IMG/VR virus record: IMGVR_UViG_3300017779_000001
DNA from: a virus
Strand: one strand, 5' to 3'
Length of the DNA: 64,000 nt
The position numbers and the translations under genes were made by a program. The notes below the pieces were generated by a model. That model saw only the letters and a program-made list of their open reading frames with translations, was not told the origin of the DNA and did not search any database. This document shows positions 1 through 9,209 of the stretch, piece after piece (the stretch's first letter is position 1; every line of letters starts with the position of its first letter).

Positions 1-83
1 GGTAAAATGTATGCAGAAATGTATGACCATCATCGAAACTAATAAAAAAAATACCGTAATAGTCTCTACGGGACGGTGAATTT

Positions 84-698
84 ATGATTTTATGGGTAAA
101 TGACATGGGGGAATTCGTTGAATCCGTCTATTGTCAGATACATGCACCCAAAACAGGTGGTACCTTTGTCCGTACATGGTTGTCAGAGAACACCACACTT
201 CGTCCTAGGGGATTGTTTGATGTAAATGAGTCACATGGTCACTGGACATGGAAAGATTACTCAGAGAGAGTCTCAGACTTTCCTAGAAGGTATGACAGTA
301 TGTCACAAAAAATCCGAATTAGTGGTTTGGTACGACATCCGTATGACAGATTTGTTTCTCAGTTCAGACATTTATTCACTCTACCCTATAAGTATGACAC
401 TGTGTATGACGTTTTATCAACCAGTGAGTATCTTTTAGGGTCTCAGTATGATTATTATTATCTTGACGGACAACAAATGGGATACTGGTATCATTTAAAC
501 ACAGGAGTCGACCTACCTATCACTCAAAGTATTGCAGTACCCACTAGTAACACTCAAGGATATCGACACAACCACAAGGATGTCAGTGACAAGTACGGTA
601 TGAAACCTATCGACACCTTCGACATACCTCAGTGGATGAAACATATGGTACAAGACTTATACTTAAAAGATTTCGAAACCTTTGGATTTAATAAATAA
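84..698 (+). CDS. Sulfotransferase family protein (Sulfotransfer_2-like); start may be 105
   Basis: HAPKTGGT (5'-PSB loop) and VRHPYDRFVSQF (3'-PB motif); C-terminal Y..DF..FG. Confidence 0.75.
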   Translation: MILWVNDMGEFVESVYCQIHAPKTGGTFVRTWLSENTTLRPRGLFDVNESHGHWTWKDYSERVSDFPRRYDSMSQKIRISGLVRHPYDRFVSQFRHLFTLPYKYDTVYDVLSTSEYLLGSQYDYYYLDGQQMGYWYHLNTGVDLPITQSIAVPTSNTQGYRHNHKDVSDKYGMKPIDTFDIPQWMKHMVQDLYLKDFETFGFNK

Positions 699-703
699 AC
701 CTA

Positions 704-733
704 TTGACAATAACCCCCCATATAAGGTATTAT
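704..733 (+). promoter_or_regulatory. Sigma70-type early promoter, probably yielding a leaderless mRNA
   Basis: TTGACA(704-709)-18 nt-TATTAT(728-733); ATG at 741 is 7 nt downstream, no SD. Confidence 0.7.
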
Positions 734-740
734 AGTAGTC

Positions 741-1079
741 ATGGGAATAATTAATCTTAATTCATCTATAAGGTACGGCCCTCACGGTAAGAAACGTAAG
801 ACGAAGGCCTTCTTGCAGAAGAAGAAACCACCTGTAGATTTTACACAGACGTTACAATATAAAGAAACTATTCGTAGACAAGAACAACAGTACAAGTCTT
901 TGATGGAAGAATATATGAGGTCGGGTGAGTATCACAAGATTAGTGGTGACTGTACCAAACAAGAGTCTCCTGTATACACTGGAACCCTTGTCAAAGGTAT
1001 TGCAACCATGCATAAGAGTAATGCAGTCCCTGTTATTTCTCAGAAGGAAGCAGAAGAGATATCTCAAATGAGTAGTTAA
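741..1079 (+). CDS. Conserved hypothetical phage protein
   Basis: ORF directly behind promoter; C-terminal KGIATMHKSNAVPV motif typical of T4-like phage hypotheticals. Confidence 0.7.
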   Translation: MGIINLNSSIRYGPHGKKRKTKAFLQKKKPPVDFTQTLQYKETIRRQEQQYKSLMEEYMRSGEYHKISGDCTKQESPVYTGTLVKGIATMHKSNAVPVISQKEAEEISQMSS

Positions 1080-1123
1080 ATGATATATATACATTTTAAA
1101 TTAAACATGAAAGGAATTAAATA

Positions 1124-1519
1124 ATGGCATCCCCTATTTTAGAAGCAATGACTCGTAAGGCAAACCTTGCAATGGGTATTATCGAGTATGAAATAGATAA
1201 ATTTAAAGAAGAAGGATATAAGTCTTCTTTTAATATGGAGAAATATTTAAATCAAATTGATTTTAAACCTAAGGTCGTACAAATAATAATCGATGATTAT
1301 GAAAGTATGGTCAATGAATTAAAATCTAATGACAAAGATATGGTTGAAGCTTACTCTTATATGACTACTGCAGAGAAACAAAAGTTTACTGCATTTATTG
1401 AGAAGATAATTAAAGGTGCAAATACCTATCTTAATAAAAATAAAGTTAAATGGGAAAAAGAAAGTGCAAAACGTAAGATGAATAAAACTTTACGTGCATT
1501 AAATAAAAAATACAAATAA
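1124..1519 (+). CDS. Hypothetical protein
   Basis: 131-aa ORF with AAGGA SD, fills gap on coding strand. Confidence 0.7.
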   Translation: MASPILEAMTRKANLAMGIIEYEIDKFKEEGYKSSFNMEKYLNQIDFKPKVVQIIIDDYESMVNELKSNDKDMVEAYSYMTTAEKQKFTAFIEKIIKGANTYLNKNKVKWEKESAKRKMNKTLRALNKKYK

Positions 1520-1545
1520 CCCACAGGGTTGTTGAGGATAATATT

Positions 1546-2388
1546 ATGATACTAATTGATTTTACTCAGACTATGATAGCAGGTCTGATGGCACAACTTA
1601 AATATAATGAGGGAGAAATAAATGAACAACTCCTTCGTCATATGATTCTTAATACACTAAAGACATATATCCGTAACCATGGTGAGAACCTAGGTGAGGT
1701 CGTCCTGTGTGCCGATGAGAAGAATAATTGGAGAAAGAAGTACTATCCCTACTATAAGATAAACCGTAAACGTACACGAGATAAGAGTGGACTAGACTGG
1801 GGTTTATTTTTTGATGCACTCCATAAGGTACGTGAGGAAATAAAAGAAAACTTCCCATGGAAAATGATGCAAGTAGATGCATGTGAAGCTGATGATATTA
1901 TTGCAGTACTTACTAAACATCATGCACCCGATGAAGATGTATTAATTATTAGTGGTGACAAGGACTTCCAACAACTACAGAAGTATCCTAGTGTTACCCA
2001 GTGGTCTCCAAACCTAAACAAATATATTAAACCCGAAGACCCAAAATTATTTTTAAAAGAACATATACTCAGAGGAGATAAGTCAGATGGAGTTCCAAAC
2101 TTCCTATCACGTGACGATGTCATCTCTGAAAATGTAAGACAGACACCTTTAAGAAAACAAGTTGTCGAAACATATCTTAAAATAGAGATAGATAAAGAAG
2201 ATAAATACTATCGTAACTATTTAAGAAATCAAACATTAATTGATTTAGAATGTATTCCACAGGATATTGAAGTGAACATCTTAAAAGAATTTGCTGACAT
2301 TACTGTCCCTAGTGGTAAGGTATATGACTACCTTAGGAAACATCAACTGAATGAGTTAATGACTAACGTTAAGGACATTAGATTATGA
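1546..2388 (+). CDS. rnh: T4-like RNase H (5'-3' exonuclease, FEN family)
   Basis: MILIDF..., WRKKYYPYYK.NR, EADDIIA, IISGDKDFQQLQ, GDKSDGVPN motifs. Confidence 0.95.
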   Translation: MILIDFTQTMIAGLMAQLKYNEGEINEQLLRHMILNTLKTYIRNHGENLGEVVLCADEKNNWRKKYYPYYKINRKRTRDKSGLDWGLFFDALHKVREEIKENFPWKMMQVDACEADDIIAVLTKHHAPDEDVLIISGDKDFQQLQKYPSVTQWSPNLNKYIKPEDPKLFLKEHILRGDKSDGVPNFLSRDDVISENVRQTPLRKQVVETYLKIEIDKEDKYYRNYLRNQTLIDLECIPQDIEVNILKEFADITVPSGKVYDYLRKHQLNELMTNVKDIRL

Positions 2389-2894
2389 CAGAGAAAAAAG
2401 GAAGAGGTAGACCAAAAGGTTCTACCAATAAACCACTAATGAAGTTAGCTACTGAAAGAGTTAGACTTCCAAACGATGCAAGTGTATTTGCAATTCTAGA
2501 ACAATGCAATCTTGTCGAGAATGATGAGAAAGCTGCACATGGATTGAAACACTATGCAGAAAGAAACGGTGCAGTATTACCTGTACTACAATGGATATTC
2601 GATAAGAATATTGAATCACGTTTACCCGAAGGTAAAACACCTTACACTCCAAATCCAGCACCTGCTGATGATTTAACAGAGAGTTCATTAAGGTTTGAGT
2701 TTAAGAAATTTAAATATTTCGTAAACGATGAGTTGCAAGAATTAAAACGTGAAGCTATGTGGATTGAATTATTGGAATCTATTCCAACGAAAGAAGCAGA
2801 GATGATTGATTTGGTTAAGGATAAAAAGAATCCTTTTAAAAGAATTACAAAAGATTTCGTAGATATTGCTTTTCCCGAAGTGATTAGTGACTAA
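2385..2894 (+). CDS. Conserved hypothetical protein downstream of rnh, with N-terminal AT-hook
   Basis: LPEG.TPY..N, L..E.KKF.YF, KRE.MWI.LLE motifs; KKGRGRPKGS AT-hook. Confidence 0.7.
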   Translation: MTEKKGRGRPKGSTNKPLMKLATERVRLPNDASVFAILEQCNLVENDEKAAHGLKHYAERNGAVLPVLQWIFDKNIESRLPEGKTPYTPNPAPADDLTESSLRFEFKKFKYFVNDELQELKREAMWIELLESIPTKEAEMIDLVKDKKNPFKRITKDFVDIAFPEVISD

Positions 2895-2897
2895 ATA
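2890..2897 (+). promoter_or_regulatory. T4-type late promoter variant (ACTAAATA)
   Basis: TATAAATA-like box exactly 5 nt before ATG 2903. Confidence 0.5.
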
Positions 2898-2902
2898 ATC
2901 GT

Positions 2903-3199
2903 ATGGTAGTTAATAAATTAAATTTGAATGCAAAAGACAGACAATGTTTCTACAGACGTGGAGACATTGAATGCATTGGTGAGGTTAGACAGTTCGACCC
3001 TATCACTGGTTTCATTCTTATCTATGATTACTTCAGAGAAGAAACTATAGAAATGATTTATGATTACGATACAAATAAATATCGTGGTACTGGTGACACT
3101 CGTAAGTGGACATGTGAATGGAATGTGAACAGTGACGAAGTACCAACCACAAACAGAACTGAAATTAAAGTGACGGCTAGTACTACTAGTCGTTTATAA
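2903..3199 (+). CDS. Hypothetical protein
   Basis: 98-aa ORF on coding strand. Confidence 0.65.
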   Translation: MVVNKLNLNAKDRQCFYRRGDIECIGEVRQFDPITGFILIYDYFREETIEMIYDYDTNKYRGTGDTRKWTCEWNVNSDEVPTTNRTEIKVTASTTSRL

Positions 3200-3214
3200 T
3201 TACTAAATATTTAA

Positions 3215-3300
3215 GGTCACACTAGAGACTATACATAAAAAAAAATATGGAAAGGATTATCACTTTCCGATATGTAAACCTTTCTAGTCGAGCTGTGACC
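3215..3300 (+). ncRNA. Candidate structured leader RNA (long interrupted hairpin)
   Basis: Nested stems GGTCACA/TGTGACC, CTAGA/TCTAG, TACATA/TATGTA, GGAAAG/CTTTCC; starts 5 nt after ACTAAATA (3202-3209). Confidence 0.5.
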
Positions 3301-3323
3301 ACCTATAGGATGGAAATTAAATA

Positions 3324-4511
3324 ATGGATACAAAATATATAACACCCGAGCATTTAAAGACGCTCATCACAGTAATTGATATGGTAACAGAGAGAGGTGC
3401 CCTCAAGGGTAACGAACTCATGACTGTATCAGAACTCAGAAACAATCTAACACTAGAACTAGAATTCTTCGTACAAGAACAACAGAGACTAGAACAAGAA
3501 CGTATGATTAGACTTCAAGCAGAAGAGTCAGCACGTAAACTCAAAGAGGAACAAGATGCATTCTTACTGAAGAAGAAGTTTGCAGACGAAAGACTCAAAC
3601 GAAGAGAACTAGAGAAAGAACTTGCAACAGTTAAACTAACACCACAACCAATAGTGGATGAGCAAGAGATTGCAGAACTAAACACACTTACCCAAGCTAG
3701 AAGTGTAGAGGATGTAAAATCATCTGATACAGGACAAGTTATGGAATTCAAATTTATTGAAAATGAATTAGAACAAGAGAAAGTCAAAGTACAACAACCT
3801 CAACTGGAAACCCAACAAGTAGAATCACAACCTAGTGATTTTTCTATTCCAACTGAAGAGACCGTACAGAAACCTAGAAGTAAAGCACGTGAGATGGCAA
3901 ACTTAGTCAGTGGTAGGGTCACTGGTAGTGAACCATCAGTCACATCATCTAACATCCCACAAGAAGAGAGTCCCGTCTCTGAAGTGGAAGATGACAAGTT
4001 TGACTTCAACGAAGTAGGTGGAGACTGGGTTGGTGAACATGTCAAAGAAGAGAACGTAGGTCTACAAGATAAAGAACACGATGAGTGGTTAGAGAAACAT
4101 GGTACAGATGATGTTAACGAAGCTTTATCTAACATTGCAGACGAACTAGAAAAAGAAGACACACTATCAGAAGTAGACGATACAACTGAAGTAGTGAACG
4201 ACCCCCTATTAAGTCTTGCACAAGATTTAGAAGTTAACACATATGAATCAGTAGAAGAACTAGAACAAAAGATTGCAGACAAGAATGCAAGTGCAGAAGA
4301 AGAGTATGAAGAGTTTGAAGAAATAGTAATTCCCGATGCAGACGATTTGCAAGGAATGACTAAAGCACAGATTCAAAAATCTGCAGATGAACTAGGATTT
4401 GAAGTTGATTCTAAAAAGACCAAACAAATTATGATGGTCGATTTCCAAAGACAAGCAGATAGTCTCATTGCCGAACTCACAGAGCAAGGTGCAGAGATAT
4501 CAACTGAGTAG
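3324..4511 (+). CDS. Acidic, coiled-coil/disordered hypothetical protein with C-terminal helix-extension-helix (Rho-N/SAP-like) motif
   Basis: N-terminal ID..T.RGA..G.EL..V motif; very E/D-rich middle; MTKAQIQKSADELGFEVDSKKTKQIM near the C-terminus. Confidence 0.65.
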   Translation: MDTKYITPEHLKTLITVIDMVTERGALKGNELMTVSELRNNLTLELEFFVQEQQRLEQERMIRLQAEESARKLKEEQDAFLLKKKFADERLKRRELEKELATVKLTPQPIVDEQEIAELNTLTQARSVEDVKSSDTGQVMEFKFIENELEQEKVKVQQPQLETQQVESQPSDFSIPTEETVQKPRSKAREMANLVSGRVTGSEPSVTSSNIPQEESPVSEVEDDKFDFNEVGGDWVGEHVKEENVGLQDKEHDEWLEKHGTDDVNEALSNIADELEKEDTLSEVDDTTEVVNDPLLSLAQDLEVNTYESVEELEQKIADKNASAEEEYEEFEEIVIPDADDLQGMTKAQIQKSADELGFEVDSKKTKQIMMVDFQRQADSLIAELTEQGAEISTE

Positions 4512-5467
4512 TGAAGAACACGGAGAAGATTCCTGTAGTAGACCAATACGATTTCTTAGAACATCGTAGACAACAGGAAAAGAACCATTGGGAAAAACAA
4601 AACGATGAGGACTTAAGTCCTCTATCGTCCATCCTAACAGTAGAAGTTAATACAACAGAGTTGTGTAACAGAACCTGTGTATTTTGTCCTAGACATGACC
4701 CCAAGGTTTTTCCCAACAGGAATCTTCACCTTACCGTAAAAGGTGCAAACATCATTGCAGAAGAATTGAGTGCAAATGATTACAAAGGTAAAATTAGTTT
4801 TAGTGGGTTTGGTGAGAATTTACTGAACCCCGTTTTCCCCGACATCGTTCATGCATTCAGACAACACTTACCCAATGCAACACTAGAGTGTAATACCAAT
4901 GGAGATAAGTTAACTGTAGAATATGCAAGAAGTCTAATACACGAAAAGGGATTGGACTTACTCTACATCAATCTATATGATGGTGATTTTCAAATGGATA
5001 CATTCAATCCTATGATGGAAGAAGCAGGTATCCCTCTTGACCGTTACAAATATAGAATGCATTGGAGTGAAGCTGTAAAAGAACACGGACTAATACTTAA
5101 TAATAGAAGTGGTGTTGTAGATTGGGTTGGAATAGAAGAAACTAACATTACATCTCTCAAGGGTAAACCGTGTCACTATCCGTTCTACAAAATGTTTGTA
5201 GATTGGAACGGAGATGTTCTATTCTGTTCAAACGATTGGGGTAGAGAACACGTAGTAGGTAATTTACTTTCACAGTCATTGTATGATGTGTGGTTCTCTA
5301 AACCTATGACAAGAATTAGAAAGAAACTTATAAAGGGAGATAGAAGTATGTCTCCTTGTAATAAGTGTAGTGTAGATGGTTCACTATTTGGAAAACCATC
5401 ATTTGATATTGTGACAAAACATTATGATGACCTTCAACAAGCCAGACGTTCAAATAAGACAACTTAG
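4511..5467 (+). CDS. Radical SAM protein with SPASM/Twitch domain (GTG start)
   Basis: CNRTCVFC (CxxxCxxC), SGFGE, TNG; C-terminal CHYPF...G.V..C..DW...GN...C.KC. Confidence 0.9.
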   Translation: MKNTEKIPVVDQYDFLEHRRQQEKNHWEKQNDEDLSPLSSILTVEVNTTELCNRTCVFCPRHDPKVFPNRNLHLTVKGANIIAEELSANDYKGKISFSGFGENLLNPVFPDIVHAFRQHLPNATLECNTNGDKLTVEYARSLIHEKGLDLLYINLYDGDFQMDTFNPMMEEAGIPLDRYKYRMHWSEAVKEHGLILNNRSGVVDWVGIEETNITSLKGKPCHYPFYKMFVDWNGDVLFCSNDWGREHVVGNLLSQSLYDVWFSKPMTRIRKKLIKGDRSMSPCNKCSVDGSLFGKPSFDIVTKHYDDLQQARRSNKTT

Positions 5468-6284
5468 TATCGAAGAGATACAAGAAGTATACAATGGTTT
5501 TAATTTTGAAAAGAAAATAAAAGACCCCGATTGGGAAAACTTTTTTCCGTGGGGAATCGAAGAACGTATCGAAACAGAAACAGGTGTAAAGATTCTCTTT
5601 GCATATCCTAAGGACATGTTGAACCATTTGGTTCGTGGACGTAGTCAATCTATATACAAGAAAGAACCATGGACTACTCTATGGTTACAAAACGTTATTG
5701 AGAAGGATAGTGTCTTCTATGACATAGGTGCAAACTGTGGTCAGTATAGTTTGTATGCATCTCAGTTAGGTTGTGACAGTATCTATGCATTTGAACCTCA
5801 TGTAAGAAACTTTGGTTTCCTTGTAGACAACATTGTGATGAATGATTGCAGTAATGTAATTTTTCCAATGAACGTACCAGTGTCAGATGAAGTGTCGTAT
5901 AAGATATGGAATCAAGGTATGAGAGGTGGAGAAGGTGTATCCAGTGAGATAACTTCTAAAAATAAATCAGTCAAGACAAGACTAGTACAAGAGACACTAG
6001 ATAATTTAGTTTACAAACACGGACTACAATCACCCACTATTTTAAAGATAGATGTAGACGGAACAAATGATACGTCAATTATTGACGGTGGATGGAAGTG
6101 TATAGGTGCAAGTGTAAAACACATCATGATTGAAGTGTTTAAAGATAATCCTAGATTCGAAGTTGCAAAAGAATTGTTAACTGGTATGGGATTTAAAATT
6201 AACCACGAAATGACAGACTCTGTTTATGAGTATAGACAGAACTCAAATAGAGGTGGTCAAACGGAGATATTTTTCGAAAGATGA
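5424..6284 (+). CDS. FkbM-family SAM-dependent methyltransferase
   Basis: FYDIGANCGQYSLYA, YAFEP, TLD, LKIDVDG motifs. Confidence 0.9.
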   Translation: MMTFNKPDVQIRQLSIEEIQEVYNGFNFEKKIKDPDWENFFPWGIEERIETETGVKILFAYPKDMLNHLVRGRSQSIYKKEPWTTLWLQNVIEKDSVFYDIGANCGQYSLYASQLGCDSIYAFEPHVRNFGFLVDNIVMNDCSNVIFPMNVPVSDEVSYKIWNQGMRGGEGVSSEITSKNKSVKTRLVQETLDNLVYKHGLQSPTILKIDVDGTNDTSIIDGGWKCIGASVKHIMIEVFKDNPRFEVAKELLTGMGFKINHEMTDSVYEYRQNSNRGGQTEIFFER

Positions 6285-6889
6285 TAGTAGGAATAACAGG
6301 TAAAGAAGACAGAGGATTATCAAGTATAATCGGTAAGACACTTATGGAAACACCCCACAAGGGTGAGACCATTACAGTGAAGTATATGCACACTGATGAT
6401 ATTATTATGAACGGAGTAGGGGCATGGGTGTTTGACGAAAGTAACCCAAACCACTTAGACGTACTAATTAATAATGCACATCAAGATTTTGACCAAACAA
6501 ATATTGTAGATATTGTATACAATTCAAGTTGGAGACATGACCCTAGTAAATACTTAATCAACATTGGTAGTCGTGCATCACAACCAAACATATCTAAGGG
6601 ATACCTCTATGCGGCACAGAAAGCCTCTCTAACACATTTTTGTAATAACTTGACATACAACTCAGATAAAAAGTTTAAGATGTCTACAGTCAATCTAGGA
6701 CTCCTGAATCACAATGATTTACCTAGTCTTAGACAACAAGACATTGCTGGTATGATTTACCATTTAGTTACATCATATCCATCAATAGAGATACCCGAAA
6801 TTACAATACAAGCACATGCAAACTATAGTGATGTGCAAAGTGATAAAGCAATGTTATTAGACTTGGAAAGGAATGGACTTCTTAAATAA
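6281..6889 (+). CDS. Short-chain dehydrogenase/reductase-like protein
   Basis: IVGITG, DVLINNA, INIGS, catalytic YAAQK (YxxxK). Confidence 0.75.
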   Translation: MIVGITGKEDRGLSSIIGKTLMETPHKGETITVKYMHTDDIIMNGVGAWVFDESNPNHLDVLINNAHQDFDQTNIVDIVYNSSWRHDPSKYLINIGSRASQPNISKGYLYAAQKASLTHFCNNLTYNSDKKFKMSTVNLGLLNHNDLPSLRQQDIAGMIYHLVTSYPSIEIPEITIQAHANYSDVQSDKAMLLDLERNGLLK

Positions 6890-7292
6890 AAAATATACAC
6901 ACACCCGACAAGCTAGCAATGAAGACGAATGGTGTTGTAGGGTTCCGTGGAAAGAGACAAACCTGATGGGTATGAGAGAATCACCAAGTGTGTTGTTTTC
7001 CTTTATCATAAACAATGATGACCACTTATGTGTCTTCACACATGACGAATGGTATATTCATGAAGATTTATTTAACCCTAGAGAAAACTGGAAAATGACT
7101 TTTGGTCTTTGGGATAACACTAAACAGATGTTTAGTATAGATAATTTTCATGCAGAACCGATGGGATTATATGTACCCAAGAAACCCTTACGAAATTTAG
7201 GTTATGTAGTAGGTGATAGTCTTAATATGACTTATCATACTGATACTATAAATAATGAGAGAAATCTCAAGATATGGAGAAAAGAAATATGA
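6873..7292 (+). CDS. Hypothetical protein
   Basis: 139-aa ORF overlapping both neighbours. Confidence 0.6.
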   Translation: MDFLNKKYTHTRQASNEDEWCCRVPWKETNLMGMRESPSVLFSFIINNDDHLCVFTHDEWYIHEDLFNPRENWKMTFGLWDNTKQMFSIDNFHAEPMGLYVPKKPLRNLGYVVGDSLNMTYHTDTINNERNLKIWRKEI

Positions 7293-7531
7293 TAGAAATA
7301 TACGGTAAACCAAGTTGTCCTTTCTGTGACAAAGCAAAGAGTCTTTGTGAGAGAGAAGGATATTCTTACGAATACAAATCGTTAGGACAAGACTATACAA
7401 CTGAACAGTTGTTTGAGGTATTTCCAACTGCAAGAACATTTCCACAAATACGTGTGGATGATATAAATATAGGTGGATACACAGAACTTGCCGCATGGCA
7501 TCAAGGACGTGTTGGAGCAATAGATGTATAA
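7289..7531 (+). CDS. nrdC: Glutaredoxin (NrdC-like)
   Basis: IYGKPSCPFCDKAK, RTFPQI, IGGY.EL; GGAGA SD before ATG 7289. Confidence 0.92.
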   Translation: MIEIYGKPSCPFCDKAKSLCEREGYSYEYKSLGQDYTTEQLFEVFPTARTFPQIRVDDINIGGYTELAAWHQGRVGAIDV

Positions 7532-7809
7532 TGGATGATTTTAATTACAACGATTTTGGTTTTACTGCAGTAGACAGTGATGACCTTATAAAGTTAGATG
7601 AGAAAGTTAGTAAGACAGCTGCATCTAGTGAAGAGAACCAAGAACTAGTAGATGTATTATCTACAAAGTTAACTAAACTGGATGAGTTTATTAGACCACT
7701 TCTTGAAAACCTTGCAAAGGATTCAGACAAGGATTATATATATTGGCCAAACAGAATCGACATAGTTCGTAAACAAATAGATTATCTAAATAGTATCATA
7801 GAGGGATAA
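7531..7809 (+). CDS. Conserved hypothetical phage protein
   Basis: DFGFTAVD..., PLLENL...KDYIYWPNR; TAATG overlap with the glutaredoxin gene. Confidence 0.7.
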   Translation: MDDFNYNDFGFTAVDSDDLIKLDEKVSKTAASSEENQELVDVLSTKLTKLDEFIRPLLENLAKDSDKDYIYWPNRIDIVRKQIDYLNSIIEG

Positions 7810-7812
7810 CAT

Positions 7813-8478
7813 ATGGCAATTACATTTACAGAAAAACTTTACCCGTTAGTCAACCAAAGCGTAGAAGGACTAAAGGTTAATATAGATAATGAAATCTTTA
7901 ATGATGATGGGAACATGAAATTCAACGATTGGAGTGTTCTTTCATTAAAACCAGGCTACTTTACTAATACAGTTATAAACAATAACTTAGTAAGTGTAAA
8001 TACTGTTCAAGAAGATGACCATGTAAAAATTAATCATGTCTTTGCAGACGGTGGTGAGTTTATGTTGAAACATTGTCTAATGACTGGTTGGCATAACCAA
8101 AATATGCCTGATGATGTCGAAATAGTAGATGTATCTTCAAACTACACATGGTTTGATTCAGAGCAATCTCTTAGTATTCAAATGTATAACATCGATGAAT
8201 CAGCAGGTGACCATGTCAGTGGAAACTCTCGTGGTATGGTTGAAATGGGTGAGTACATGCATACAAGAAGAAATATGCAAATTGAAGTTAGTGATGTAAA
8301 CAATGCACACTACCAAGAATGGTTAACTCATTACAAAGCTGCAATCACAGCAGGTAAGTGTTCTAAATCTCTCCTACACGAATCAGACCCCGACCATGCA
8401 AATGACGCTCCATGGGCATATGATGTAGACATTGCATCTTTGTTTGAAACGATGCGTGAAGAAGCACCAACAGAATAA
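7813..8478 (+). CDS. Hypothetical protein
   Basis: 221-aa ORF with GAGGGA SD; TCTAAATA late-like box at 7785-7792. Confidence 0.7.
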   Translation: MAITFTEKLYPLVNQSVEGLKVNIDNEIFNDDGNMKFNDWSVLSLKPGYFTNTVINNNLVSVNTVQEDDHVKINHVFADGGEFMLKHCLMTGWHNQNMPDDVEIVDVSSNYTWFDSEQSLSIQMYNIDESAGDHVSGNSRGMVEMGEYMHTRRNMQIEVSDVNNAHYQEWLTHYKAAITAGKCSKSLLHESDPDHANDAPWAYDVDIASLFETMREEAPTE

Positions 8479-8501
8479 TTTAATTTATTTTCAAAAACCC
8501 C

Positions 8502-8531
8502 TTTACAATAGACTGCATAATTTAGTATTAT
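8502..8531 (+). promoter_or_regulatory. Sigma70-type early promoter (leaderless)
   Basis: TTTACA(8502-8507)-18 nt-TATTAT(8526-8531); ATG 8539 is 7 nt downstream; AT-rich upstream tract. Confidence 0.65.
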
Positions 8532-8538
8532 ACAATCT

Positions 8539-8787
8539 ATGAAAACAAAATATATAATTAAACTCGGTCAAGATATGATTGACCAACTAGAATATCACGG
8601 ACTCTTCTCTGAGGACGATACTAAATGGAATGATTCAGTCGTACTAGGAAACAAACTTGTTTCTATTGGTATGCCGTGGGGTCTCCAAAGTATAAATGAT
8701 TTAACCCAAAATGAAAAAGACATAGTCATGGAGTATCTTGAGATGAGACGTATCGAACGTCAAATCAATGAAGAATTATCACTCTGA
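8539..8787 (+). CDS. Hypothetical early protein
   Basis: 82-aa ORF directly behind promoter. Confidence 0.65.
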   Translation: MKTKYIIKLGQDMIDQLEYHGLFSEDDTKWNDSVVLGNKLVSIGMPWGLQSINDLTQNEKDIVMEYLEMRRIERQINEELSL

Positions 8788-8826
8788 GACTTGACAATGG
8801 GTCTCACTTTTTAGTATACTATAAGA
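8787..8826 (+). promoter_or_regulatory. Early promoter repeat, copy 1
   Basis: AGACTTGACAATGGGTCTCACTTTTTAGTATACTATAAGA: TTGACA-18-TATACT; 39/40 identical to 9148-9187. Confidence 0.85.
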
Positions 8827-8925
8827 ATGATAGATATATTAAAAAAGAACGGTCTACTAGATTCTGATTTCATTCAGCCTTTAGTGGTTTTATTAGTGTT
8901 AATAATTATAGGAGAAGTGATATGA
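8827..8925 (+). CDS. Unannotated 32-aa small membrane protein (leaderless)
   Basis: MIDILKKNGLLDSDFIQPLVVLLVLIIIGEVI*; ATG 6 nt after TATACT; stop overlaps next start (ATGA at 8922-8925). Confidence 0.55.
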   Translation: MIDILKKNGLLDSDFIQPLVVLLVLIIIGEVI

Positions 8926-9149
8926 TAAATGGTATCATGGGTGAACACATAGCATCATCCCAACCAATAGAAATTCCTCTAAACAGTAAAGAAATGCAAC
9001 TTGCACTATACAATGGTGATGGTAACATCATGAATTGGTGTTGGGAACAGATGTGTGAGTCTGTTATGCATAGAGAAGGTATACAGATTATAGGTGCAAT
9101 TGATATCGACTTCATTGTTATCAATGGTGAGAAAAAAAGATTCCATTAG
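8922..9149 (+). CDS. Hypothetical early protein
   Basis: 75-aa ORF with AGGAG SD. Confidence 0.65.
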   Translation: MINGIMGEHIASSQPIEIPLNSKEMQLALYNGDGNIMNWCWEQMCESVMHREGIQIIGAIDIDFIVINGEKKRFH

Positions 9150-9187
9150 ACTTGACAATGGGTATCACTTTTTAGTATACTATAAGA
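9148..9187 (+). promoter_or_regulatory. Early promoter repeat, copy 2
   Basis: TTGACA(9152-9157)-18-TATACT(9176-9181); one mismatch to copy 1. Confidence 0.85.
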
Positions 9188-9209
9188 GTAATAGATTAAA
9201 GGAGAAATT

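Noticed and set aside
43-80. A8 plus CCGTA/TACGG stem as a terminator
   Set aside because: The stem is short, and the T-tract would be on the minus strand, where no gene ends; support is insufficient.
4511-5467. Radical SAM/SPASM as a RiPP maturase
   Set aside because: No short precursor peptide, RRE domain or transporter nearby; the neighbours point to sugar tailoring.
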